Below, in pieces: positions 34,722 through 43,704 of a stretch of 60,743 bases of DNA. Location of the stretch: assembly GCA_038204165.1 (NCBI GenBank), contig JBBRDG010000005.1:1-60743 (forward strand). The letters are read 5' to 3'. The notes under the pieces were generated by a model. It was given only the letters and a program-made list of their open reading frames with translations. It made no database searches and was not told where the DNA came from. Position numbers and translations under genes: made by a program. The stretch's first letter is position 1, and each line of letters begins with the position of its first letter. This DNA is from Elusimicrobiales bacterium. GTDB lineage: Bacteria; Elusimicrobiota; Elusimicrobia; Elusimicrobiales; UBA9959.

Positions 34722-35084
34722 ATGAGCAAGAGAATATACGTGGGCGGTCTGCCCTTTAAAACCACTGAAGAGGAGCTTAACGGCCTTTTCGGTACCTACG
34801 GTGCGGTTTCCAGCGCTAAGCTGATCACCGATAAGTACTCCGGCCAGTCCCGCGGTTTCGGCTTCGTTGAGATGCCGAACGACGAGGAAGCTGTTGCCGC
34901 CATGGAAAAGCTGAACGGCGCCGATTTCGGCGGCCGCAAGCTGACCGTGAACGAAGCTCGCCCCATGGAATCCCGCCCCCGCACCGGTGGCGGTGGTTTT
35001 GGTGGTGGTGATCGCGGCGGTCGCGGTGGTGGTGGCGATCGCGGTGGACGCGGCCAGGGCGGCGGCTACGGCGACAAGTGGTAA
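34722..35084 (+). CDS. RRM-type RNA-binding protein with a Gly/Arg-rich tail
   Basis: RNP2 IYVGGL and RNP1 RGFGFVEM. C-terminal GGGGFGGGDRGGRGGGGDRGGRGQGGG. Confidence 0.88.
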   Translation: MSKRIYVGGLPFKTTEEELNGLFGTYGAVSSAKLITDKYSGQSRGFGFVEMPNDEEAVAAMEKLNGADFGGRKLTVNEARPMESRPRTGGGGFGGGDRGGRGGGGDRGGRGQGGGYGDKW

Positions 35085-35107
35085 CTAAAATCCTTTAACG
35101 GTTTTAG

Positions 35108-35140
35108 AACCGCCGTCCTGAAAAGGGCGGCGGTTTTTTA
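35108..35140 (+). terminator. Intrinsic terminator
   Basis: 11-bp stem aaccgccgtcc/gggcggcggtt with loop tgaaaa, followed by a T-run. Confidence 0.85.
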
Positions 35141-35147
35141 ATAGCCC

Positions 35148-35176
35148 TTGACATTTAAGTTATACGGATGTATAAT
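35148..35176 (+). promoter_or_regulatory. Consensus sigma70 promoter of the TetR/efflux operon
   Basis: TTGACA (35148-35153), 17 nt spacer, TATAAT (35171-35176). Confidence 0.8.
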
Positions 35177-35191
35177 TATACAGCAGTATAA
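35160..35191 (+). promoter_or_regulatory. Two abutting 16-bp palindromic operators (probable TetR binding sites)
   Basis: TTATAC-GGAT-GTATAA (35160-35175) is immediately followed by TTATAC-AGCA-GTATAA (35176-35191). They overlap the -10 and the start site. Confidence 0.7.
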
Positions 35192-35208
35192 TAACAAAGC
35201 GAGGGAAT

Positions 35209-35838
35209 ATGGCAAGACCAGCTTCCGGAACTGACCTTAAACTTAAAACCGCCGGCCGTAGTCTTCTTCAGGAGAAGGGGATAACCGGCCTGAGCGTGCG
35301 CGAAACCTGCCGGCTTGCCGGAGTGAATACCGGCATGTTTCACTACTATTTCGGCTCCAAGGACGAGTTCATGAAGGCCATCCTTAAGGAAATGTATGCA
35401 GAATTTATGCTAGATTTCAAGGCGGGGGTATCTGTTGCGGGGTCGGCGCGGGCCAGGCTTAAGAACGCATTAGTGGAAGTGGGGAAATTCGCGCTGGGCA
35501 TACGCAAGGCTGCGCCTATGCTTTTTGCAGACATGGCGCATGGCAAGAAGGAGGCTTTTGCTTTCTTCAGCGGAAATTTTACAGAACATATAACGCATAT
35601 AGCCGCGCTGGTCGAGGAATGTCGCCCGTCCTCTGCTTTAAAAGCGCATTCTACGCCCTTCATATTGGCCGCGTTGATTCCGGTAATGATTTTCCCGGTG
35701 CTTATTGTCGGAGTCATGGAGCGTAATGGCGTAAAAAATCTGACCGGGACCACCTTGGCCGTACTGCGGGAAGAGGTCTTCTCGGAAAAGGGCGTAACCG
35801 AAAGAGCGGAGATAGCGCTCAGGGGGATAGGTTTATGA
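35209..35838 (+). CDS. TetR/AcrR family transcriptional regulator
   Basis: N-terminal HTH LSVRETCRLAGVNTGMFHYYFGSKDEF. It is the first gene of the efflux operon and overlaps the next gene by 4 nt. Confidence 0.85.
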   Translation: MARPASGTDLKLKTAGRSLLQEKGITGLSVRETCRLAGVNTGMFHYYFGSKDEFMKAILKEMYAEFMLDFKAGVSVAGSARARLKNALVEVGKFALGIRKAAPMLFADMAHGKKEAFAFFSGNFTEHITHIAALVEECRPSSALKAHSTPFILAALIPVMIFPVLIVGVMERNGVKNLTGTTLAVLREEVFSEKGVTERAEIALRGIGL

Positions 35839-37163
35839 GAATATTTATATTACTCCTTATGTTCGCAGGAACGGCCGGGGCCGCAGAGCTGGACCTGACC
35901 CTGAAAGCGGCGGAGCAGGACGCGCTGGCGTCATCCGGCCAGTACCGCAGCGCCAGACTTTCGGCAGAAGCCGCCGCCGCCGGAGCGGCAGCGGCCGCTA
36001 CTTTGCTGCACCCGCGGCTCAGTCTGGAAGGCAGCCTGCGCTATGCCGAGGTGGTTCCGCAAATCTCGCTGCCGGCGGCTATGGGCGGAAGCAGGCCCAT
36101 GAGTGACAACTGGACTTATTCCGTTGGACCGTCGGCGTACTGGACGCTGGACGGCGGTTCCCTGCGCTATGGCCGAGAAGCCGCCCGCAGAACGGCCGCC
36201 GCCCGTTCGGCCGAGGCCGAGGGCGCGCGCCGTCAGACCCTGCTCAGGGCCAGGGCCGCGTATTTTCGCCTGCACCTGGCGCTGGAGAAGGTATACCTGA
36301 TAGGCAGCAACCTGCAACTTTCCTTGTCCCAGCTCAGGGATGTAGAGCTGGGGGTAAAGGCCGGTTCACGAAGCCGGCTGGACGGCATACGGGCCCGCCA
36401 GGAAAGCACAGCCCGCCGGCGCGACCTGTTGCGGGCGCGCGCCGATTTGGGCGCGGCCTTGCGCGATTTCGCCTTTGAGACCGGTCGACAGCTTCCTCCC
36501 GGCGCCGGCCTGCCGCTCGACGCGCGCATGGCTGGAGGGGACTACGACGGCGCCGCCGGCCTGCTGGTCCGGGCGGAGGCTTTTGAGGAGATCTTGCCGG
36601 TACTGTTGCCGGCTGCTGTGAAGGAGTTGGAAAAATCCCCGCCGTCGGTTACGGCACTTACTGAAGCGGCCGGCGCCTACAGCGCCTCGGCCATGGCCCA
36701 GAGCAGGGAGCGCTTTCCGCGCGTAACGCTGGGGGCCAGGAGTTCCATAGATTATCCTAATGGGCCCGACTTTTATTCCTTCCTGCAGAACTCCGCTTCC
36801 CTCTCCCTGAGCCTGCCGCTGTTTGAAAGCGGGCGGCTGGCCGAGCGCGAGAAAGAAAGCCGGCTGAATTCAGAGGCCGCCGCCGCCAAACGCGATGACG
36901 CGGTAAGGACCGTGGCCAGGGACTACGCCGGTGCGCTCGAGGATTATAACGCGCTGCTGGTGGAGCAGACCATAAACATCGAGGCCGTGGACGACGCCGA
37001 TGAGGCCGCCAGGCTTGCATACGATTCGTATAAGGCCGGTGGCAGCACCTGGCTGGATGTGGAAAGCGCCAACCTTAAAGCCCTGCAGGCCAAGACTACC
37101 ATGGCCTCCGCCAACGCCGAGGTCCTTTTAAAACTGGCTGTTATGGCGAGCCTTACCGAATAG
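35835..37163 (+). CDS. TolC-like outer-membrane efflux protein
   Basis: Signal peptide MRIFILLLMFAGTAGA. Two OEP-like repeats rich in A/L/R coiled-coil helices. The size (442 aa) and operon context fit. Confidence 0.75.
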   Translation: MRIFILLLMFAGTAGAAELDLTLKAAEQDALASSGQYRSARLSAEAAAAGAAAAATLLHPRLSLEGSLRYAEVVPQISLPAAMGGSRPMSDNWTYSVGPSAYWTLDGGSLRYGREAARRTAAARSAEAEGARRQTLLRARAAYFRLHLALEKVYLIGSNLQLSLSQLRDVELGVKAGSRSRLDGIRARQESTARRRDLLRARADLGAALRDFAFETGRQLPPGAGLPLDARMAGGDYDGAAGLLVRAEAFEEILPVLLPAAVKELEKSPPSVTALTEAAGAYSASAMAQSRERFPRVTLGARSSIDYPNGPDFYSFLQNSASLSLSLPLFESGRLAEREKESRLNSEAAAAKRDDAVRTVARDYAGALEDYNALLVEQTINIEAVDDADEAARLAYDSYKAGGSTWLDVESANLKALQAKTTMASANAEVLLKLAVMASLTE

Positions 37164-37172
37164 GAGAGAATT

Positions 37173-37898
37173 ATGAAAAAAAAGATAATCCTGCTGATAA
37201 TATTTCTGGTCCTGGTCTCCGCGGCGCTGTATAAACTGCGCTCCGGGACCGATTTCCGCTATGCCGGCACCATAGAAGCCACCGAAACGGACCTGTCCTC
37301 GCGCATTCAGGGCGTGATAGAGTCCTATGGCGCCAAGGAAGGGGAGTCGGTGAAGAAAGGTCAGGTTATAGCGGCGCTCGACTGCGCCGACCTGCGGCTG
37401 GCCGCCGGCATTGCCGGGGAGGATTTCAAGCGCGCCGAGGAGCTTTATAAAGGCGGCTCTATGTCTAAAGAGAATTATGACCGGCTCAGGTACCGGCGCG
37501 ATGACTCTTCCCTTAAAGTTGATTGGTGCTCCGTTAAGTCCCCGGTGAACGGCCGGCTGCTGTACTCCTATCATGAAAAAGGGGAGCTGGTTTCACCGGG
37601 CACCAGGCTCGCCACCGTGGCGGACCTTTCCGAGGTGTGGGCTTATGTCTACGTGCCGCATGACCTGCTGGCCAGACTGAAGACTGGCCTGGAAGTTAAG
37701 GGCTACCTCCCGGAGGCGGGGGAGAAAGAATTCACCGGCCGGATATCGGTCATCTATTCCGAGGCCGAATTCACCCCCAAAAACGTACAGACCCGCAAGG
37801 AACGCACGCGCCTGGTGTTCGCGGTTAAGGTGACGTTCTCGAACCTGGACGAGATGCTTAAGCCTGGAATGACTATAGAGGCGGAACTGCCGCAGTAA
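37173..37898 (+). CDS. HlyD/YbhG-like membrane fusion protein (short form)
   Basis: N-terminal TM. Lipoyl/barrel motifs GTIEATETDLSSRIQGVI ... KGQVIAALD ... VKSPVNGRL ... FTPKNVQTRKERTRLVFAVKV. Confidence 0.75.
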   Translation: MKKKIILLIIFLVLVSAALYKLRSGTDFRYAGTIEATETDLSSRIQGVIESYGAKEGESVKKGQVIAALDCADLRLAAGIAGEDFKRAEELYKGGSMSKENYDRLRYRRDDSSLKVDWCSVKSPVNGRLLYSYHEKGELVSPGTRLATVADLSEVWAYVYVPHDLLARLKTGLEVKGYLPEAGEKEFTGRISVIYSEAEFTPKNVQTRKERTRLVFAVKVTFSNLDEMLKPGMTIEAELPQ

Positions 37899-37916
37899 AG
37901 GTGGTTAAGAAACTAT

Positions 37917-38642
37917 ATGAGCGGATTTTCGATTAAAACGGAAAACCTGAGAAAAAATTTCGGCGCGGTGCACGCGCTGAGCGGCGTTTCCTTTGATTTT
38001 TCCGAAGGGTTGCTGCACGGACTTATCGGCTCAAATGGGGCGGGCAAGACCACCACTATGCGGCTGCTGGCCGGGCTGCTTAAGCCTTCTACCGGCGCGG
38101 TGAACTATTTTCTGGACGGTCGATCCGCCGCCTTTGGCGACCTGCGCCCCAAGCTGGCCTACATGCCGCAGCAGGCCAGCCTTTATCCCGATCTGTCCAT
38201 CGGAGAGCATCTGGAATTCTTCCGCGACCTTTACCGGCTGGACGCCGCTACCTACGCGCGGCGCTCGGAGGAACTGCTGGAGATTACCCGGCTGGGCAAG
38301 TTTCGCGAGCGCCGGGCCGGCCAGCTTTCCGGAGGGATGTATAAGAAACTGGGCCTCATGTGCGCCCTGCTGCAGTCCCCGGCCGTGCTGCTGCTCGACG
38401 AGCCTACCAACGGTGTCGATCCCATCAGCCGACGCGAGTTCTGGCAGCTGCTCTACGCTCTGGCCGCGGACCGGATCCTTATAATAGTTTCCACCGCCTA
38501 CATGGACGAGGCCGAGCGCTGCTCCCGCGTTCATCTAATGGATGCAGGCCATCTACTTTCATCCGGAGAACCCCGCGCCGTACTGAAAGCGGCGGGCGCG
38601 GCCAACTTTGAGGAGATCTTCATGAAGGGGGGCGCGAAATGA
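37917..38642 (+). CDS. ABC transporter ATP-binding protein (NBD 1, YbhF N-half-like)
   Basis: Walker A GSNGAGKTT, signature LSGGMYKKL, Walker B LLLDEPT. Confidence 0.88.
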   Translation: MSGFSIKTENLRKNFGAVHALSGVSFDFSEGLLHGLIGSNGAGKTTTMRLLAGLLKPSTGAVNYFLDGRSAAFGDLRPKLAYMPQQASLYPDLSIGEHLEFFRDLYRLDAATYARRSEELLEITRLGKFRERRAGQLSGGMYKKLGLMCALLQSPAVLLLDEPTNGVDPISRREFWQLLYALAADRILIIVSTAYMDEAERCSRVHLMDAGHLLSSGEPRAVLKAAGAANFEEIFMKGGAK

Positions 38643-39565
38643 ATCCCGGGCCCGCTTTGGAAGTCAGGGGACTTTCTATAAAATTTGGCGATTTCACCGC
38701 CGTGGACGACGTCTCTTTCAGCGTGAACCGGGGAGAGATCTTCGGCTTTCTGGGCGCCAACGGCGCCGGCAAGACCACTACCATCAGGATGCTTTGCGGC
38801 CTGCTTATCCCCTCTGCCGGCACGGCCCTGGTAGGCGGGCTGGGGTTCTCTGACGGCGGCCGTGGAATAAAAAAAATAGTCGGCTACATGTCGCAAAAAT
38901 TTACACTCTATAACGACCTTACGGTAGGAGAGAATCTGGATTTCGCCGCCGGCCTGCGCAAGCTGGAGCCGGCCTACGCGCAGGCGCGGCGCAAAGAACT
39001 GTTCAATCTGATCTCTTTCGACCGCTCCCTCTCCACGCTGGTTGCTTCTCTGCCGGGCGGGGTTAAACAGGAACTTTCGCTTGCGGCGGCCATGCTGCAC
39101 GACCCGGAAATAGTCTTTCTCGACGAACCCACGGCCGGGGTCTCTCCTTCCTCCCGTGCCCGGTTCTGGTCCCTGATCCGGAAGATCACCGGCCTGGGCA
39201 AGACGGTCATTGTAACTACCCATTATATGGATGAGGCCGAGCAGTGCGGCCGTATCGCCCTGATGCGCACCGGCAAACTTATAGCCCTGGGCTCCCCGGA
39301 CGAGCTAAAGGTCTCCGCCTTTCCCGGCCCAATGGCCGAGCTGGACTTTAACGGCCCGGCACCGACAGAATTCCTGCGCGCCCTGGAGCAGGCTCCCGGC
39401 TTGGTGAAGCTCTCGGCGCACGGCATGCGCTGGCACGCGGCGTTCAAGGACGCGTCTGCGTTGGCCGCGGCGCTGGGCTCCCTGCCCGCCGGGGCCACCC
39501 GTCGCGAGATTCCCCCGTCGTTGGAGGATGTGTTCATCCGTCTGGTAGAGGGGGTTGAAAGATGA
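38639..39565 (+). CDS. ABC transporter ATP-binding protein (NBD 2, YbhF C-half-like)
   Basis: Walker A GANGAGKTT, signature LPGGVKQEL, Walker B VFLDEPT. ATGA overlap with NBD 1. Confidence 0.88.
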   Translation: MNPGPALEVRGLSIKFGDFTAVDDVSFSVNRGEIFGFLGANGAGKTTTIRMLCGLLIPSAGTALVGGLGFSDGGRGIKKIVGYMSQKFTLYNDLTVGENLDFAAGLRKLEPAYAQARRKELFNLISFDRSLSTLVASLPGGVKQELSLAAAMLHDPEIVFLDEPTAGVSPSSRARFWSLIRKITGLGKTVIVTTHYMDEAEQCGRIALMRTGKLIALGSPDELKVSAFPGPMAELDFNGPAPTEFLRALEQAPGLVKLSAHGMRWHAAFKDASALAAALGSLPAGATRREIPPSLEDVFIRLVEGVER

Positions 39566-40680
39566 CCGGCTTTGATGTTCACCGCGCGGCTGCGGTCGCC
39601 CGCAAGGAGGTCATGCATATCCTGCGCGACCCGTTCACGCTGGTCCTTGTGCTGGGCCTGCCGGTGGTACTGGTGGTGTTTTTTGGTTTTGCCATAGATT
39701 TCGATGTGAAGAATCTCGCACTCGGGGTTTACGACAGGGACAACACCCGGCATTCCCGTCAGCTGGTCTCCGTGTTTGAAAGCTCAGGCTATTTTTTGCC
39801 CGAAGGCGCGGCCAGTCCGGCGCAGGCGGTACGCGGCCTGGATTCGGGGCGCTACTCCGCGGTGCTGCTCGTGGAACCGGACTTCGGCCGTGAACTCGGG
39901 AGGGGGGCGCGGGCGCGGGCACAGTTCATAGTGGACGGGACGGACAATTCCAAGGCTATGGCCGTGCTTGGCTATCTGCCGAGCCTGGCCAAGGCTGCGC
40001 AGATCAAGTTCGGCGCCGTGCCGCCGCCCGATCCAGCCCCGCTCAAAACACGCTTCATGTATAACCCGGAACTTAACAGTCGCTGGTTCGTTATTCCGGG
40101 TCTGGCTGTTATTATTATTGGGCTGCTTTCTATAATGATGACAGCGCTCACGGTGGCCCGTGAGTGGGAGAATGGTTCAATGGAACTGCTGTTGTCTACG
40201 CCGCTGCGCCCGGCCGAGATTATAGCCGGTAAGATAATTCCCTACATCGCACTGGTACTGGGCGGTGTCTTCTTCGTCAACTTGGTCTCGCGGCTGGGCT
40301 TTGGTATCCCTTTCCGGGGCAGTTACCTGCTTTTCCTTTTCGGTACGCTGCTCTTCGCGCTGGCCTCGCTGGCGCAGGGGATAGTTATCTCCGTGGTGAC
40401 CCGCCAGCAGCAGTTGGCCATGCAGTTGTCCATGATAACCGGCCTCCTGCCTTCCCTGCTGTTGTCGGGGTTCATTTTCCCCATAGAGAGTATGTCCACG
40501 TTCTTCCGCTATTTCACCATGATACTTGCGCCGCGCTGGTTTATGGCAATAGCGCGCGGCATCACTATCCGCGGGGCCGGCGCGGCTGACCTGGCCCTGC
40601 CGCTGCTGGCTCTGGGCGCGCTCTGCGTCTTGCTGCTAGGCGTCGCTTTTAAAAAATTCAAAACGGACCTTGAACCATGA
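39562..40680 (+). CDS. ABC-2 type transporter permease (YbhS-like)
   Basis: An N-terminal TM, a large periplasmic loop, and then a 5-TM ABC-2 core. 4-nt overlaps with both neighbours. Confidence 0.82.
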   Translation: MTGFDVHRAAAVARKEVMHILRDPFTLVLVLGLPVVLVVFFGFAIDFDVKNLALGVYDRDNTRHSRQLVSVFESSGYFLPEGAASPAQAVRGLDSGRYSAVLLVEPDFGRELGRGARARAQFIVDGTDNSKAMAVLGYLPSLAKAAQIKFGAVPPPDPAPLKTRFMYNPELNSRWFVIPGLAVIIIGLLSIMMTALTVAREWENGSMELLLSTPLRPAEIIAGKIIPYIALVLGGVFFVNLVSRLGFGIPFRGSYLLFLFGTLLFALASLAQGIVISVVTRQQQLAMQLSMITGLLPSLLLSGFIFPIESMSTFFRYFTMILAPRWFMAIARGITIRGAGAADLALPLLALGALCVLLLGVAFKKFKTDLEP

Positions 40681-41777
40681 AACGTACCCTGCTGGCCTTC
40701 ATAAGAAAAGAATTCGCGCAGGTCCTGCGGGACCCGCGCATGAAGATAATCTTGTTCGTCATGCCGATGATCCAGATGACGGTGTTCGGCCTGGCGCTGT
40801 CGAGCGAAATAAAGAATATCAAGCTGGCTTCGGTATGCGCGCCGTCGGACGCGGCCGCCAGGCGCCTGACGGAGCGCTTTACCTCCTCCGGCTGGTTCGT
40901 GCCCGTGGCGGCGGAAGGCCGCGACCCGGCGGAGCTGATAGTTTCAGGAGCGGCCGACGCGGTGCTGGTATTCCCGGCCGGCGGTTTCGCCCGCGAGGCC
41001 TCCCGCGGGCGGGGCGGGGTGCAGCTGCTGGTAGACGGCACCAGCGTTACCAGGGCCCGCAGCGTAGAGGCCTACGCCCGTACGCTCTTCTCCGCGCATG
41101 CCGCTGAGGAGGCCGGGCTGCCGCGGACAGAGGGGACTTTAGGCTTTGATGTGCGCATCATTTATAACCCGGAGATGGAATCCCCGGTGTTCATGGTGCC
41201 GGGCGTGATGGGGATGATAGTGTGCCTGGTTACAATTATCCTTACCAGCATGTCGCTGACCCGCGAACGTGAAATGGGTACTTTCGAAACCATAGTTTCG
41301 GCTCCGCTCGAGAACCACGAGATTCTGCTGGGCAAGACCATCCCGTACGTTATCCTGGGGCTGCTGGACGCTTGCCTGGTGATAGCCGCGGGCTTCCTGC
41401 TTTTCGGCGTGCCCGTGAAAGGGGAACTCTGGCGACTTTTTGCGGCGACGCTGGCTTTTGTAATCACTACGGTAGGCATTGGGACCATGATCTCTACCAT
41501 CTCCAAGAACCAGCAGCAGGCCATGATGGGCGGTTTCATCTTCCTATTCCCGGCGGTGCTGATGAGCGGCATTATGTACCCGGTGGAGAACATGCCTTAC
41601 CTGCTTAAGCCCGTAGTTTACCTGAATCCCCTTTACTACTTCACCACTTTACTGCGCAACATAATGCTGAAGGGCGGAGACCCTTCGGCTTTTATTTACA
41701 ATGTGGGCGCGTTGGTGTTGATGGCCGCGGCCAGTGGTACGGCGGCGTACAAGAGGTTCAGGCAGACGCTTAATTAA
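40677..41777 (+). CDS. ABC-2 type transporter permease (YbhR-like)
   Basis: Same topology as the preceding paralogue: REREMGTFE, and GGFIFLFPAVLMSGIMYPVENMP. Confidence 0.82.
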   Translation: MKRTLLAFIRKEFAQVLRDPRMKIILFVMPMIQMTVFGLALSSEIKNIKLASVCAPSDAAARRLTERFTSSGWFVPVAAEGRDPAELIVSGAADAVLVFPAGGFAREASRGRGGVQLLVDGTSVTRARSVEAYARTLFSAHAAEEAGLPRTEGTLGFDVRIIYNPEMESPVFMVPGVMGMIVCLVTIILTSMSLTREREMGTFETIVSAPLENHEILLGKTIPYVILGLLDACLVIAAGFLLFGVPVKGELWRLFAATLAFVITTVGIGTMISTISKNQQQAMMGGFIFLFPAVLMSGIMYPVENMPYLLKPVVYLNPLYYFTTLLRNIMLKGGDPSAFIYNVGALVLMAAASGTAAYKRFRQTLN

Positions 41778-41858
41778 TAAAATCAGGGGATAGAATCCAC
41801 AATATGAACGCAGGTGATTGTGCGGCAACTCGCGCACGTCCCCACGCAGGGAGGATAT

Positions 41859-42218
41859 ATGATTCAGATTAAAAGAGTATATGAGGGTGCAACTAAAAAG
41901 GATGGATATAGGGTTCTTGTCGACCGCTTATGGCCGCGCGGGATAAAAAAAGAAGCGTTAGCGCTAGATGCCTGGCTTAAAGAACTTGCGCCGAGCACGG
42001 AGCTCCGCAAAGAATTCGGGCACGACCTGGAACATTGGGAAGACTTTCAGTTAAAATATAAAAAAGAGCTTAAATCTCCCGCAGCAAAAGAAAAAATAAA
42101 CCAGCTGGCTGGTATTGTAAAAAAATATACGGTGACCCTGCTTTATGGAGCGCACGACGAAGCGCACAATAATGCCATAGTTTTAAAAGACATTCTTGAA
42201 AGGGAACTTAAGAAATGA
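41859..42218 (+). CDS. DUF488 (YeaO-like) family protein
   Basis: RBS gggagga. IQIKRVYE ... GYRVLVDRLWPRGIKKE ... WLKELAPS.ELR..F.H. Local GC is lower than in the neighbours. Confidence 0.75.
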   Translation: MIQIKRVYEGATKKDGYRVLVDRLWPRGIKKEALALDAWLKELAPSTELRKEFGHDLEHWEDFQLKYKKELKSPAAKEKINQLAGIVKKYTVTLLYGAHDEAHNNAIVLKDILERELKK

Positions 42219-42253
42219 GCGGGGATCTTCAACCTTCGCCGGCGCGGCTTTGA

Positions 42254-42493
42254 GAGCTGCTTGTTGCGCAATCACCTGCTGCCGTTATTTTCGCAGACAA
42301 GGCGGGAATCATTGTGGTGTGGAATACCGCGGCTGAAGCGCTTTTCGGGTTTACTGCCGCTTTTAGCTTAAAAGATACTTCCGGGGAAGTGCTTGGCGCC
42401 ATGGCTTGCGCCCGGGACATAACGGAAAAGCATCTTAAAGATAAGGACCTGAAAAAGCGAGCTCAACTAACTGCGGAGCAGCAACAAACATGA
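42254..42493 (+). pseudogene. Remnant of a PAS-domain gene (no start codon, internally shortened)
   Basis: An open frame between TGA 42251 and TGA 42491 reads ...AAVIFADKAGIIVVWNTAAEALFGFTA...GEVLGAMACARDITEKH.... That is a PAS N-cap and a C-terminal strand, with the middle missing and no ATG/GTG at the 5' end. Confidence 0.35.
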
Positions 42494-42630
42494 CAAAACC
42501 AGCCGGGCGGAATAATCAGCGAATTTCCCGTCTCCGCTGAATAATATCAGGCTGCATAAGAACCCCTGGGGCCAAGAAGGGGCGTTGCCTGTAATTAGAG
42601 TGGCCGTGTGGCCAGCCTGACCGCATTTTT

Positions 42631-43350
42631 TTAAAACTTGAAGGGCAGTTCTTCTCTCGTAAGGCGGCGGAACTGGCCGGGCTGCAGGTCGCCCAGCGTG
42701 AGCGGGCCGAAAGCTATGCGCTTGAGCTGGGTGACCTCGTGGCCCAGCGCGGCGAACAGCCTGCGGATCTCGCGGTTCTTTCCTTCGGTCAATTCAACCA
42801 TTAAATGCGATTCCCTGCCGCTGGCCTTGCGCAGCGTTACTTTTGCGGGCTTTAATAGTTCTCCGTCGTCCATTATGCCAGCCGAGGCCCTGGCCAGTTC
42901 GGCTTCCGTTACTTCCCCGGTGACGGTCACGGAGTACGTGCGGAGCACGGCGTTGGCTGGTTCGGTAAGGTAGGCGGAAAGGCGGGTGTCGTTGGTCAGG
43001 AGTAGCAGCCCTGTGGAAGCCATGTCCAGACGCCCCACCGGGTGCAGGTTCGCCAGTTCGGGGGGGAGAATGTCGTAAACCGTCTTCCGCCCTTTTTCGT
43101 CGGACTTGGTGGTGACCACGGCTTTCGGCTTGTTAAGCAGGATGGTCTGCCATTCGTCTTTTACTACCGGCTTTCCGTCCACGGTGAACTTGTCGGTTTC
43201 CGGGTTCACCTGGAACAAAGGGTCCCTGATAACGCGCCCGTTCACCTTTAAGCGGCCTGTCGTTACCCATTCGCGGGTCTGGGTGCGGGAGGCCGCGCCC
43301 AGCTTGGAGAGGGCCCGCTCCAGCGGAACCTTGGAAAAGTCGTTAGCCAT
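42631..43350 (-). CDS. Pseudouridine synthase, RsuA/RluB family (S4 + PseudoU_synth_2)
   Basis: S4 domain LERALSKLGAASRTQTREWVTTGRLKVNG. Catalytic HPVGRLDMASTGLLLLTND. The start is ATG 43350, or 43368 as an alternative. Confidence 0.85.
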   Translation of the reverse strand: MANDFSKVPLERALSKLGAASRTQTREWVTTGRLKVNGRVIRDPLFQVNPETDKFTVDGKPVVKDEWQTILLNKPKAVVTTKSDEKGRKTVYDILPPELANLHPVGRLDMASTGLLLLTNDTRLSAYLTEPANAVLRTYSVTVTGEVTEAELARASAGIMDDGELLKPAKVTLRKASGRESHLMVELTEGKNREIRRLFAALGHEVTQLKRIAFGPLTLGDLQPGQFRRLTREELPFKF

Positions 43351-43380
43351 AAGATAATTATAGCCCATAATGCGCCGGGC

Positions 43381-43409
43381 TTGACATCTATTTGGCTACC
43401 TGGTAAAAT
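43381..43409 (+). promoter_or_regulatory. Sigma70-type promoter of the arsR operon; predicts a leaderless mRNA
   Basis: TTGACA (43381-43386), 17 nt spacer, TAAAAT (43404-43409). ATG 43416 is 7 nt after the -10 and there is no SD. The inverted hexamers ctattt (43388-43393) and aaatag (43406-43411) span the spacer and -10. Confidence 0.65.
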
Positions 43410-43415
43410 AGCAAT

Positions 43416-43703
43416 ATGAAAACCAAGACTAAAGCCTACTACGAGGCCCAGGCGTCCGTGATCAAGGCCATGGGGCATCCTACCCGGCTGTTGATCCTGA
43501 ATTCCCTTAAGAATAAAGAGATCTGCGTGTGCGAATTGCGGAAACTGGTGGGGGACGATATGTCCACCGTGTCCAAGCACCTGTTGGTACTGAAGAACGC
43601 GGGCCTGGTAGCCGCGCGGCGGGAGGGGAACTGGCTGCATTACCGCCTGGCCTGCCCTTGCGTGCTGGAGTTTACCGATTGCGTCGCGGGGATTAAAAAA
43701 TAA
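43416..43703 (+). CDS. arsR: ArsR/SmtB family metalloregulator
   Basis: wHTH KAMGHPTRLLILNSL ... ICVCEL ... STVSKHLLVLKNAGLV ... REGNWLHYRL. The CVC motif sits at the type-1 metalloid site. Confidence 0.85.
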   Translation: MKTKTKAYYEAQASVIKAMGHPTRLLILNSLKNKEICVCELRKLVGDDMSTVSKHLLVLKNAGLVAARREGNWLHYRLACPCVLEFTDCVAGIKK

Positions 43704-43704
43704 G

